From: Macrostomum lignano
Lineage: Eukaryota
DNA length: 64,000 nucleotides
NCBI GenBank assembly: GCA_002269645.1
Contig: NIVC01001634.1
Span: forward strand, 162,857 to 226,856
Direction: 5' to 3'
Notes under the pieces: generated by a model
Database searches by the model: none
Told to the model about the DNA's origin: nothing
The model's input: only the letters and a program-made list of their open reading frames with translations
Shown here: positions 27,314 through 39,411 of the stretch, piece by piece
Layout of the letters: each line of letters begins with the position of its first letter
Numbering within the stretch: position 1 is the stretch's first letter
Made by a program: the position numbers and the translations under genes

Positions 27314-27574
27314 CACTTTGAGCTCTTCTTTACACTCGAGCAGTTCCAATTCATCGGCCTTCTTTTCCTCAGCTACAGGAGCCCCGCCATCATCTCCCCC
27401 TTCGTTAGGGGCTTCGCACTCCTCGCTGTCAGAAACATTTCTCGGCATCTTGCTGGCCACCATAGCCTGGGCAATGATTGCCTGACTGTCCAGCTTGCGC
27501 TTCTCGCGACGCTCGCGCAGCGACACATTTTTGCTGCGAGCCTGCTGAATTTCCTTCCACAGGTCGCTAGACAT
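27314..27574 (-). CDS. METTL3: METTL3 exon 1 (start codon 27574)
   Basis: MSSDLWKEIQQARSKNVSLRERREKRK resembles the METTL3 N-terminus (MSDTWSSIQAHK...SLRERL.RR). GTCAGT donor; the exact donor is somewhat uncertain. Confidence 0.85.
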
Positions 27575-28277
27575 TCTTGTTTAATGTCCCTCTGATTGTG
27601 CCAAAGCTATGGCAGGTTTTAACTATATGTTTGAATACAAACTTGTCGTTGAATTTTCTGGCATAAATGTCAATTGGAGCCTTGTAGTATATATAGATCG
27701 ATATTCAAGTAGATATCTTGATAGCAGGGCAGGGCTTGGCAAACTCCAGCCGAGAAGCCACATGCCGCCCATGAAGCCTCTCAATCTGGCCCTCATGTCC
27801 TTTGAAACTTCGCAATAGCAATCCGGCCCGCTCAAGTTTTGTGTCTCTTCTCATGCAGTTCTTTCTCTTTCTCTCGCCTCTTCTCTCTCCCTTCTCTCCG
27901 TCCATACATGCGCAACAGTCGGCCGAGTCGGCCGATCCGGCCGACTGATTTGGCAGCCAACCAAGGAAGTCGCAAAAATGCCCACCCGAAATACCCCCGT
28001 AGTAGTACTAAGTAGCTGACGAGGCATTTTTGCCTGATAAGACAGTCAAGTTACTCCCGCCGTTTACCCAAAGTTGCGTTAATTTTGCTTTAGGGTTTTT
28101 TTACATGTAAGTCGCATTTTTAGCCAAAAACTACGTCGCATTTTTGTTAAAACTAAGTCGCACGGCCGACCGAATTTTGGACGTTGCACATGTATGTCTC
28201 CGTCTCTCCTCTTTTATCTCTTCTCTCTCCCTCCATATCTTCTTTTCTCGTTTCTCCTCTCCTCCTCTTTCACAGTC

Positions 28278-28279
28278 TC

Positions 28280-28323
<44 letters not shown>
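28278..28323. repeat. (CT)n microsatellite
   Basis: Directly visible. Confidence 0.95.
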
Positions 28324-28325
<2 letters not shown>

Positions 28326-28502
28326 ACATATTTTATTACTTGTACATTTTTGAGTTTCAACAAATAAAAGTCGAATACATGTGAGCTTGTAATTTTAATA
28401 AATTATTAATTATTATAAATTATTAATAAGTAATTTTGACTATTGCCTTTTGAGTAGGCCTGTTGCCATTTGACTGTTGTCATTTTGACTATTGCCTTTT
28501 AA

Positions 28503-28654
28503 GGCACATAGCCAGAAATTTTCTTTGGAAGGGAATAGGATGCCCTTAAGGAGAAGGCTATGGAAAGAGGATTATATCCCCTAATCCTTCCTTTTTCTAT
28601 GGCAATTTTTGATCCATACATGCATAACCCCCTGATTTACACTGGCTATGCAAC
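28503..28654. mobile_element. eroded ~150-bp MITE with GGC(G)C(G)TAGCCAG-type terminal inverted repeats
   Basis: Left GGCACATAGCCAG and right CTGGCTATGCAAC share an inverted core CATAGCCAG; several mismatches fit CpG transitions. Confidence 0.55.
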
Positions 28655-28732
28655 TTACACTTTAACCAAAATATACTAAAAAATTTAACCAAAACTGCAA
28701 ATTACCTAAGAAAGAAACCTTAATGCAGTTTT

Positions 28733-28795
28733 GGGTAAATGGCAGGAGTAACTATGACTGTCTTATTAAGGCTAAATGCTTAGTCATCTAATTAG
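28733..28795 (+). pseudogene. isolated, degenerate 28S rRNA fragment covering the R2/I-PpoI target region
   Basis: GGGTAAATGGCAGGAGTAACTATGACTGTCTTATTAAGGCTAAATGCTTAGTCATCTAATTAG versus conserved LSU GGGTAAACGGCGGGAGTAACTATGACTCTCTTAAGGTAGCCAAATGCCTCGTCATCTAATTAG; the flanks are mostly not rDNA. Confidence 0.8.
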
Positions 28796-30383
28796 CACTA
28801 TATCTATATTCTTTTAGATGGGCATTTTTGCAACTTACCTTAGTCTATAGTTTACCACAATTTTTATAGTGTCTAGATTGGCTAGGTTGGCTAGCAGTTA
28901 CACATATGTTTTGATCTGTTGTTTTTTTTACCTATAGACATAGTCATTAAGAAGTATGATTTTAAAGTTTGAAATAGGCACTAATAATAGCCTTTCCTTG
29001 CTAAGTATTACCAAGATTGCAAATGGTTGCCAATGTTTTAGTCAAGCCATAGAGCTGCAAGGCTAGCAAAGAAAATGGTTTATTGATGGTTGGGCTTGGA
29101 ACTAAATATATCATAGTTGATTGTTAGTATAAAAAGGGCCTTTTTTGAAGGGAACCATATTGAATTGCTATGCCTTAAGATTTTATTATGCTCTAGTATT
29201 CTAAATTTCTTATCATTCTAATAGTTTTTGTTTTTTGCTAGTTTTTTGGATTATCTGAGTTGAAAGAACATGATAAACTATGGACACTATTATTACACTA
29301 TCTAGCTTTGTTTTTAGTGAATCAGAAATTTGTTTTTAGATAGCCACTAGCTAAGTGTTTCATTTTTAGTATAAATTTGAGTTTAAAGAATTTAATCATA
29401 CTTATGCCAACAAATTATGGCTAAAAAGGAGTCTAATACTGGGTTTTTTGTCCATAACTTGGATGCAATTTTGCACCCTGTGCTAGATTTCAGGGTGTGA
29501 TTTTCAAGACCAGGATGTGCTGCACTGCTGCAGACAAAAACTGGTCTAACACTAATAGTGTGTTTCAAATTACTGGCTAATTCTAAGAATATGAAGTGAC
29601 TTAAGACGTCTATAACACTAAATTGTGAAATCCGCATCACATTCTTGCAAAAAATTCTGGTGCACTTTTTGCACCCAGAGTGAAATTTCAGGGTGCAATT
29701 TTTAAGACAAGGCTGCTATTTGCACCTATTTGCACAAAAAATCCAAGTCTAATAACAATATGACTAATAGAATAATGCCACATTTTGAAACATGGTAGCT
29801 ATATCAATATTAGGCCTATAAAAAACTTATAGAAATGGTGGCCATGTCTCTAATAGTGAATAGGTCTATACTTTTAGAGTTTAAACATAGCTAGGTTATC
29901 TATCATGCCTAAATAATATTTGAGCTTATAGAATGGCAGCTATCAATGAAGTATATAACTATAGCATAGTGCTAATGGTTATAACAATATTAAATGATTT
30001 CATATTTAGACACAGTGGCTATGTCTGTGATATAGAATCTATTTTATACTAGAGACAATAGCAGTCTTCTATTGCTAAAAATTAAAGCAATAATAGGCTT
30101 ATTGTATGTTTATATGGTGACAGTGGTAGATATGCTTATATATGTTCTAACTTGAACATTATAGAGTATAGACACTACACTGCCACTGTTTTGTAAGTAG
30201 GCCTACGGAAATAAAAAAGGCCAAAAGATATAAGAAAAGTCAATCTATTAATCTAGAGTAGAGCAGAGGTCAGGTCCCAACCTTTATAGGCAATAGGCCA
30301 CATTGGCAACTAGCTGGCTTGGGATATACCAACCATATGTGAGTTGTATACTCACTCACTTCCACGGGTGGTAGGAGCTTGTG

Positions 30384-31106
30384 TAGCGATGGATCAAAAT
30401 TCGATTTCAATTTCGATATTCCGAATTTTGAAACTAATTTTGCATTGAAATAATTTTGATTTTGATTTTGAATTTCAACACCATTCATTGAAAATCATTT
30501 CGAAATTTTGGTTATATTTTAACAATTTAGACATTGATGATCATTTTATACAAGAAAGAAAATCTATAGGAAGTGAAAAGAAGTGCAGTTCAAAGACTTA
30601 GTGGGGAGGTGAGAATCGCCTTTTCTACAAAAAAGATTGTGCGGGGCACACACTGTTCCAGGCCTTGTGCTGCACCCACCTCAACCTCCACAAGCCCACT
30701 GGCTGAACTCATCGGCGTGGATTTTAATTGGCTAAAGACTTAGAGCTTTAATGAAATGGATACTCGTATAGGCTATTCATATCTAGATCTTCAGCTTTAA
30801 CAATGGTGAAGTATAATACAACTTCTACCATATTTCTATGTATGAGTGTATAATACATAATACACCAGCATTTTCTATTTCGTATTTTTAAAGTAAGTTA
30901 AATCTTAAGTATTCTGGTTTAAATATATCAAAGATACTTTTTATAAAACATGTAAGCTCATAAATGCAGAGGCAAGGTGTTAACCTTTTTGCATGATTAG
31001 CGAAAAAGTAAAAATTTGTTAAGCTCAAAAATTTCGATTTCAATTCTAAAGAACCGAAAATTTTGATTTTGATTTTGATTTGAAAAATAATTTCAATCCA
31101 TCACTA
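30384..31106. mobile_element. non-autonomous hAT MITE nested in the element above
   Basis: 16-bp TIR TAGCGATGGATCAAAA / reverse complement TAGTGATGGATTGAAA. 8-bp TSD AGCTTGTG (30376-30383) / AGCTTGCG (31107-31114). Subterminal ATTTTG repeats at both ends. Confidence 0.85.
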
Positions 31107-31510
31107 AGCTTGCGGCACTAAAGGCATATATCCCCACCCAGAAAATGAGTCCATATGATAATTTTAATGCTTTTTCTCATTTTAGGCCCTAATTTGTAAC
31201 TTATAAAGGTACCTATACCCCCTTGCCCTGTGCCCAATGTCTCCCTAAAATATTAGGCTCTGCTACCTTTGCTCACTTCCCTTACTCCCTGCAGCCTACT
31301 TTCCTTGTAACCTTTTAAACTCCAAACCCCATTTCCTTTGCCTTGAACCTTCTTGATATTAGCTAGCATTCCTTCCTAATTTTCATTTCAACTCTTGTCC
31401 TAAGTGCATATACATTTGTACACTAGTGACTGGAAGTGGCTAAAATAGCAATCCAAATGAATTGAAGCATCAAGGGCTGTAGTGAAATCTAATGATAGAC
31501 TTGGTGGGAT

Positions 31511-31890
31511 TTTTTTTATTAGAGGCAGGGGGTTCTAGGCCTATGCATCTTCGGGCACTTTAACTTTAAGCGACATAGGCACACAACTGGCAAAAGGCAG
31601 TACTGCCCATTCCACCAACTCTCCTGAGTAGGCATACAAGCGCGTAGATATGTACGCAGGCACACACTCACACAGGAGTGTACAGTAGCCCTAACTTTAT
31701 ATTATTGTTAGGCATGTACACTTCATTGCGCCTTGGGGGGTTGGCTTTCAAGGCCATTGCATTAATTGCATGAGCAAAGCCAAGCCGAGATTCCAATTCA
31801 GCCCCAAATTATTGTAACTACACTTGGAATTAAGCCTGGGTCACTAGCACAATAGAGCAGTTGCACTAGGCCTACCGCTAGGCTATGGCC
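31511..31890 (-). mobile_element. old CpG-eroded copy of the tRNA-derived SINE seen at 40683-40980
   Basis: Colinear similarity (TTTATTAGAGGCAGGGGG, ACTTTAAGCGACAT, GGCACACACTCACACAGGAGTGTAC, AGCCGAGATTCCAATT) to the 40.7-41.0 kb copy. Confidence 0.85.
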
Positions 31891-33549
31891 CCCCTTGACT
31901 GCATGTAATGCAAACTGCTGGAAGTTGCCACGGGCTGCACAAAAAGGGCTCACGGGCTGCATGTGGCCCAGAGGCTGCAGGTTGAGGGACCCATGATCTA
32001 GAGATAGGCTACTTATGCATATATAGGGCCTATAAGTATAGATTAGGCCTACAATATATTCTATACTATATAGTCATTTAGTATAGGCCTAGTATAGATA
32101 CGAGCCTGTATAGTGTATAGAATAGGCCTAGTATAGGGCCTAGGCCTAGCTACTAGCTAGCTAGGCCTACATTAAATATTTTTAATAATTGCTAGCTAGG
32201 CCTAGGCCTAAGCTAGGCCTAAGCTGTGTTCCGATCTGAATTATAGGCCTATACTCATAATAAAAAACTAAGAAAGTATTTAAAGCAAAGGTAACTGAGT
32301 AATGACTATTCAACCATTGATCAGAGGAATTTTACATCATTCAAAATTTCGGGTGCTTACACACAAACATTACGAGTGTACACGCAGTCTTATAATATTA
32401 ATTATTATTGTTCAGTTCGATTCGGTTTTTGGTGTATTTTGAATGTTGCATCAGCATTTAAGGAAAAAAAGGAAACAGAAAAATAGTATTTATAGAATGC
32501 AAGCCATAGGTTTGGGCTCTATATTTTAAATTTATAATTTCATTGTCATTGTTTTTCCATTTAAACAAGCATATGATTAACTTATTTGTTAAAATGTTTT
32601 GCGTCGAATTGACTCGTACGGAGTCCAGATCCAGTGCCTGAAAGCGCGCGCAAATTTAACTAGGGCTTGACCATAATAGAGCTTATATTCCCTAGATAGG
32701 CCACTTTGTATTGCGGCAATAGGGAAAGTGCGACCGCTGTTTTTCGTCACTTGTGCGAAAAAAGCCGACATGGGTTGCTTACATTTTGAATTCAGTAGCT
32801 TAGGGACATAGACGCTATTTTTTAGATTTGAGTAAAACTTCTCATGAATTAATTAAAAGCTACTCAATTGAACTAAGAATTATGAATTAACATGAATTCA
32901 CTGCAGGGACTACTGACGAAATTGAGTTCAGTAGTTTATTTTCGCGCTGTCGCGAGATGCAAAATTTTTTACATTAGCTATGTCCACAAAAGAGGTTAAT
33001 GAGTGGCCCATCTTGCATATATATGATCTTTGGGTTTGACTCACTGTCGATCGAGGCTGTTGCCAGCTTTAGCGATGTCGAGGTCGATGCGTTAATTGAT
33101 TAATAATGACTTAGCTCGTCATTTCATTGTTCAAAGAACAGGAAGGACTACAATAGGATCTATCTGGCCCATACATCATGAGAGTCGTGTCTTTTGATTT
33201 GAAATCCTACTTGATACATGTATATATCTTTAATTTACTTTGCTACTGTTTTACATAACTATTCATTATACTGATGAAAATGTTCTTGGAAATGTCAAGT
33301 AACAGTGTATTAATACTATTAAGTAATTAAGCCGAGCGAAGGAAAGGGGAATTACGGAATATAGAAACGAAAAGAAACGCGGCAGAAATTCTTGACTTGA
33401 GGGATCAACTCACCTGATGGAGCGACTGACCGAGGGCCAGGAGAGCGGCCCACTTTAAACGGCAGCATTGGCTGCGCCACCACCGGTTGCAACCATAGAT
33501 ACTATATAACTATTATATACTATTATATAGTATCTATGGTTGCAACTGT

Positions 33550-33619
<70 letters not shown>

Positions 33620-33945
33620 AAACAACAACAACAACAACAACTATAAATACGCGACCCCGCATGCACAGTCACAGTTAGAGAGCAGGTCACGTCAGATGGC
33701 GCACCGCAGCTGAGCCCTGGGAGCGAACAAAGTCAGCTCCGTTGGCAGTGTCGGGCACCCCAGCGTCGCACAGCAGGCAGTCCACATATCGACGGGTTCT
33801 GGCCTGACCCCGCCTGAACGGGCCCTGCAAGGTGAGCAGCAGGACGTCCTGAACAGGTTGGGGGGCGCAGTAGCCCTCGGCCCGGATCACGTGGCCCGTC
33901 AGTTGAAGTCGCCGCCACGGTGCAGGATGGTGGATGATGCAGCTC
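33550..33945 (-). mobile_element. 5'-truncated RTE-clade LINE 3' fragment with (TTG)n tail
   Basis: RRLQLTGHVIRAEGYC...LLLTLQGPFRRGQARTRRYVDCLL is homologous to the C-terminus of the RT fragment at 49776-50537, and is followed by a (CAA)n/(TTG)n tail at 33550-33640. Confidence 0.85.
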
Positions 33946-34589
33946 GTCAGCAACTGTACATTTGTAGGTAAAAGTATACACATAAGAGCTTGATGTAGTT
34001 AATTAAGTATTGCTTTGGTTGTTGTCCGAACCAAATTAAAAGGGCCGGGGTAAATCGATCGTATTTATTGAAAGAGACAATGATTAACCTTGTGCTTGCC
34101 GTAGAATTAAATGCAATCCAAAGCACGTGATCTACACGACCTTTTCAAATCGACCCGCAATCGCATATGACAAGAAAATAAGCAAATTTTAGTTCTAATT
34201 GTGACGCAGCAACTGCCATAGTTTTTTATCAATTTTTTTGTACCTGATATTAAATGCCATGCATGCAGAGAAAACGCAGGGACTACACTAAATACTAAAT
34301 AAGAGTATTTATTTGGTAAAACTTTTCAGCGCAGGTACTAAATTATAATTCGGTTGAATTGTTCACCAAACGTGCATGTAACAAACATACGAAGTCAAAA
34401 GGGTTGGCTTGGTCCGCCCCGCCCCCGCCTCCTCCCCGAGAAAAATTTAGTAGGGAGCCCGAGCAACAGAAAATATTTTTTAGTTTGATCGTTTGTCATT
34501 ATATTGCTTTAAAAGAGCTTCAACTGTTCAAATTCAAAATGCAGTTCTAATCATTATATTATTTCATGTGCTATTGAAGTCCAGAAGCG

Positions 34590-35025
34590 GAGAGAGGATA
34601 GAGGAGAAAGAGGAGCTGTGAGAGAAGAGTGAAAAGAGAATTGAGAAGAGAGAGAAGAGAGGAAAAGAGAAGAGAGGAGAGAAGAGAGAGGAGAGAGAAG
34701 GAAGAGAGGACAGAGAGGAGCTGTGAGAGGAGAGGGAAAAGAGAAGAGAGAGAAGAGAGGACAGAGAGGAGCTGTGAGAGGAGAGGGAAAAGAGGAGAGA
34801 GAAGAGAAGAGAGAAGAGAGAGAAGAGAGGATATAGAGGAGCTGTGAGAGGAGAGGAAAAAGAGAAGAGAGAAGAGAAGAGAGAGGAGAGAGGACAGAGG
34901 ACAGAGAGGAGCTGTGAGAGGAGAGGCCAAAGGGAAGAGAGAAGGGAGAAGAGAGGAGAGAGGAGAGAAAAGAAAGAGAATAGAGGAGAGGGGAGAGAGA
35001 GGAGAGAAGAGAGGAGAGAGGAGTA
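34590..35025. repeat. purine-rich (GA/GAGAA) low-complexity tandem tract
   Basis: Directly visible; internal repeats of AGAGAGGAGCTGTGAGAGGAGAG. Confidence 0.9.
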
Positions 35026-35589
35026 GCTCTTTGGAGCTGGCGCGCGTACAACTTGCTATATGCTAAAATTGCTCAGTTCATCCATCGAATAGACTCAATT
35101 ATCTTGAGTATCTCTCAGCTTATTAAACATACTTGCATCATCAGCAGTTTCAGCGCTTCAGACAGCCACTAGACAATGTTTGTCCACTCGTCAATAAAGG
35201 CCCCGAAATCAATGAAAGTCCCATTGTCAACAATTGAACTCCTGCTGTTGTGTATTGTCTGAGAAGTTACTAACTACTGTATCTGAATTCATACAATTGC
35301 ATTCCTACATGCATTCAATGATAGAGGAACCCGAATCATCAGAAACCATTGGGAAGCTGGCGAATAGCCTGGTCAAGAAGATTCTACTCTGTTTGTCGAG
35401 TGATATACTCGTGACAGTTTTTCTCCTCTGTCTTATGTTATACTCTCGTACTAAATACGTAAGCTTCATCTGTAGACAGCCAACATCAGGCTGAAGAGTG
35501 CTAGCTAGAAATCAAATAAGTGAAGAGTCTGAGAATATCTATAAAATGCTGACAAACATATCGATGCATCATGCTAGATTAGTTCCGCA

Positions 35590-36155
35590 ATGGCCGGGTG
35601 CATCTGTCTGCTGCAGCTGGTTGTCTTCTGCGGCGCAGTGACTGCCTGCCACCAGGATTGCACTGCCTTGTTTGAGCGACTGCACAGCAACTGTCCTAAC
35701 GAACTATTTGAAGCCAAGTTTGCGATTGCACCATGCGAACTTGAGTGCGTACTTCGTTGTACTCTGAGCAGTTCGTGTCTGCTGTCTGTGTACAAGAAAG
35801 ACAGCGCTGAATGCTACAGCCTTGCCGAAGCAATATCAACTGGCATATGCACATCCGGTACGATTGTGAGGCGAAAGCTTGCTGCGGCACCAACGCCAGC
35901 TGCCCTATCTGTGCCGTTTGCTTCGAAAATTGTGCTGTTCTACAATTTCAAAAAAGGCTATCAAAACCTCGCCGATCCGGCTAGAAACCCGGCTGAGCCA
36001 GTCAACATCCTGGAGCAAAGTCCGACCAATGGACTTTTACTAAAGAACTCTACGAGCTCGTTTGTAAGAGTCTCAACGCCTGGATTCTATCGCTACTTCA
36101 TCTACGGGCAGAAGTTCAGCTTCTTCTTTCAAGGAAAATTCGCAATGAGTTTCGT
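35590..36155 (+). CDS. secreted protein paralog A, exon 1: signal peptide + PAN/Apple-like Cys domain + start of a LamG/ConA-like domain
   Basis: Hydrophobic N-terminus; ECVLRCTLSSSCLLSVYKKDSAECY PAN-like Cys pattern; phase-2 GTAGGT donor at 36156; colinear with paralog B. Confidence 0.75.
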
Positions 36156-36478
36156 GTAGGTTTCGAAAATTTTGTTTATAATGAACTTTACAATGGCCAA
36201 TTATATAGTTAGAAGACGTGTTAAGGCCTGAAACGCATTGCAAAAGTCAAATGCATTGCCGGATATTTTTATGATTGTTAAAATGTTATAGTATGAATTT
36301 TTAAGTTACAGTTTGGAATTGCTTCATAGCCGTTTGCGATAAGTACCAAGAGAACTTGATTTAGATCACTCTCGATTTACATGTATAGTATAAAGTCAGT
36401 TTGTGCGCGATTAAAACCTCTATGCGACGAATAGAGTTCCATTTAAAGATCGTATGTATTTAATTTCCAAAACTTCAG

Positions 36479-36899
36479 CGAAAAGTGCATCAGCTCATTC
36501 ACCGACGGCAGCGTGAACGCCAGTCCAATCTATATCAGATCCGATGGGGCCCTGGTTGTTGACACGTACTTTCCAAACGGAACCGTCCATCACAAGTCCT
36601 GGATAAGTGCCGTTCCACTTGTATCAAGTCCTACTCACCAGCTGGTCACCTTTGGAATCAACTTTGCTGGGAGTATATATGGTCAGGCCTACTTCAACGG
36701 AGGCTCCTTGAGCTCGATGGGCGGCGGAACCGGCTCTGGAGCTACGACTGTACTGCTGAACATGCACGACATCCTGTTCATTGGCAACTGTTTGAGCGGA
36801 ATGGAACCGTTCGACGGCTGGCTGCAGTGCTGGGCTCTGATGAACGACAATATTGATTACGCTGAGTTCGACCAACTGCGCAATCTTTGCAACTCTTAA
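36479..36899 (+). CDS. secreted protein paralog A, exon 2 (LamG/ConA-like)
   Basis: TTCAG acceptor, phase 2; EKCISSFTD...IYIRSDG...TFGINF...QAYFNG...LFIGNC...PFDGWLQCWAL...FDQLRNLCNS aligns with paralog B. Confidence 0.75.
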
Positions 36900-38064
36900 A
36901 GTGAAAGCTCTGCATGCACGTCTCATTGGAAAACGTTTAAAAAAAGTTTTAAAACGTTTGAAAACATCAAGATACTCTCTGCATTTGACAAACAAAGTTC
37001 TCAGTACAAAATCTCCAGCGAACTTAAAGCGATTTCTTATTAGCCTAAAGTCGTTGAAGTTTAGCTGTTCAACAAGAAGTAAAACCCAAAATGTGATTCA
37101 GTCAAATAAAAAACTCTTGTAATTTAATGTTCGTAAAGAGCATAAAAATCATTTTTTGTCGCTTTTAATCTTGGATAATTTACATTTGCAGTGAGAGAGT
37201 TAGAGACAGTGTTATGTTTTCAGGTTACTTAAAGTCTTCAATTACTTAAGGCATTAATTATTAGTGCTGATATCCTAGCAGACGTTTCCGCGGCTCCAAG
37301 GTTCTTAGTCTTGCTTTTATTTCTCTTTATTTCACATTCTCACAGCGGGCTTTTAACCCAAGCCTGTTTTGCAGCTTCATTTGGTCCATAGATAAAACAA
37401 AACGCGTCAAACTGCATATGCAATTAAAATAATATCAATATTATAGTCACGTCATATCAGACAGTACTAAAAATAAAAAGTTTTAATAAACTACATGTTG
37501 AATTTGTTACTGTACAGTCGCTATTGTTAGTGTTCTAAGAAAAATGATGATTAAAACAAAAAATAATCAGCCCTGAAAGCAAGCTATCTATAGCCTATAA
37601 GATATCAGAATCCCCTGTGACCTTTGAACCCTAACTCTTCCTTTGATCTTCCTTTGGTTTCGCCTATAAGCAACTTCCAATTGACTCTTGGCATCTCAGC
37701 AATGCCCCCACGAGTTCGACAGCTAGATACCAAATTCGCATTTGTCACTGATGAAAATATCATGCATCTTTTTTTCAGTTTCATATTACTGTGCAATCAG
37801 AGTAAGACTCCAAAGTTTGATAAACAAACTTCTCCAAACATTCTAACGTATGTTTGGATTGTTGAGACTGGCTAGAAGCAATGAAAGAATTGATCCACTG
37901 ACTCCTGGTTTGTTACTCCATCGCGACACTTCCGAGACGAAAATCTTCTTGCGGGAGGGACAACTTTGGCAAACGGCAAACACTGACTTCCTCCCGGTTT
38001 GGTTTTGCTATCAATATATACATAGCAAAGAAGGCATCGAATTTGGTCAAATTCAAACGAAAAA

Positions 38065-38651
38065 ATGGCATTCTACTTCTTGTCGGGTTGCTTCTGCAGT
38101 GCTTTGCTAATTGTCTGCTGCGAGGCTGCTGCCCCATGCATGAACTGCACCGCCGTGTACGATCTGGTGACCAGCGATTGTCCCAACGTATCGACTAAAG
38201 CTGCGGTATCAGTGGCCGCTCCCAGTGAACCAGAGTGCGTGCTCCGCTGCACTCTGAGTAGCGATTGCCGACTATCCGTGTACCTGAGAGACAGCCACAC
38301 CTGCTACAATCTGCCTGAATCGCCGTCAACGTCAATAACGACGAAATGTGCCTCGGGTATGATTGTCCGTCGCAAGAAAACTGGTTCATCGACTGTTCTG
38401 ACAAGCCTAAGCTTTGCGTCGCAGATTGTGATGTTTTACGACTTCAGAAAGAGTTTTAATAACCTGGCTAGTCCATATCTGCCAACAGCCGAGCCGGTCA
38501 ATATCCTGCATAAAAACTCGGTTGACGGTGTTCGTTTGGAAGACACAATCGGCTCCTATGTGCAAGTGAAGACGCCTGGATTCTTTCGATACTTTTTCTA
38601 CGGACAGAAGTTTAACATCTTCTTTCAGGGAAAATTTTCTTCCAACTCAGT
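38065..38651 (+). CDS. secreted protein paralog B, exon 1
   Basis: MAFYFLSGCFCSALLIVCCEA signal peptide; ECVLRCTLSSDC; TPGFFRYFFYGQKFNIFFQGKF; phase-2 GTTAGT donor at the same position as in paralog A. Confidence 0.75.
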
Positions 38652-38975
38652 GTTAGTAATGTTCGCTTTGTGTTAAAAGATTAATATGATTTTTTTTCTT
38701 ATTGAAATTTATGTTTGGATATATATCTACATTCCTTAGATATAGAGGGTTGGAACAAGCTAAAAAATATTGAGACTTTTCAGCTCCTTTCAGCCTCAGC
38801 GGCCAATACAGATTAGTGCTGCTGCAGTTAGCACAGTTGATTTACTCGTACCATAGACAGTGTCAGTGGGCTTGAAACCAGTTTCGAAACTTGGCACTGA
38901 ATCCATGGACTTTTGGCCATAGACTTTGGACGTTAGACATTCTGGAGGAAACAAGCGTCGTTCCCATTTTTTCAG

Positions 38976-39411
38976 AGACAAGTGCATCAGCAGCTTTACC
39001 GACAACCGCACCGGAGCCTATGACAGCCGCATCTTTGCCAGATCGGATGGAGTGCTGGAGGCCAAGATCTACTTCCCTAACGGTACGGTCGACTACGCGT
39101 CTTGGTCGAGCGACAGTGTACTTCCACGCGACTCTGTGGAGCGTACGATCACTCTTGGCGTCAACTTTGAAGGCAACCGATTTGCCGGTCAGGCTTACTT
39201 CAATGGTACTGTGCTCAGCACCTCTGTGGACGGATACGGTAGTGGAGGCATGGGTAAACCCTTGCTAGACATCCATGACTACCTACTGCTGGGACGTTGC
39301 AAGAAGAATTTCACGAAACCTTTCAACGGTTGGCTGCGATGCTGGGGCTTTGCGACCGGTAACCTCGGCAACAGCCAGTTCGATCAGCTCAGAAGTCTCT
39401 GCAATGCTTAA
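38976..39411 (+). CDS. secreted protein paralog B, exon 2
   Basis: TTTTTCAG acceptor, phase 2; DKCISSFTD...IFARSDG...TLGVNF...QAYFNG...PFNGWLRCWGF...FDQLRSLCNA. Confidence 0.75.

Larger units (their letters stand above)
30264..31995. mobile_element. non-autonomous hAT (Charlie/Buster-like) element carrying nested insertions
   Basis: Ends CAGAGGTC(AGGTC)CCAACC... and ...GGTTGAGGGACCCATG. The 8-bp TSD ATCTAGAG occurs at 30251-30258 (followed by a 5-bp TAGAG micro-duplication) and at 31996-32003, matching the NTCTAGAN target preference. Confidence 0.7.

Noticed and set aside
27916-27947. GC-rich palindrome (CAGTCGGCCG...CGGCCGACTG) upstream of METTL3
   Set aside because: Single short occurrence; plausible promoter element but no evidence of function.
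32589-32771. 60-aa ATG ORF in unique sequence
   Set aside because: No recognisable motif, paralog or splice context.
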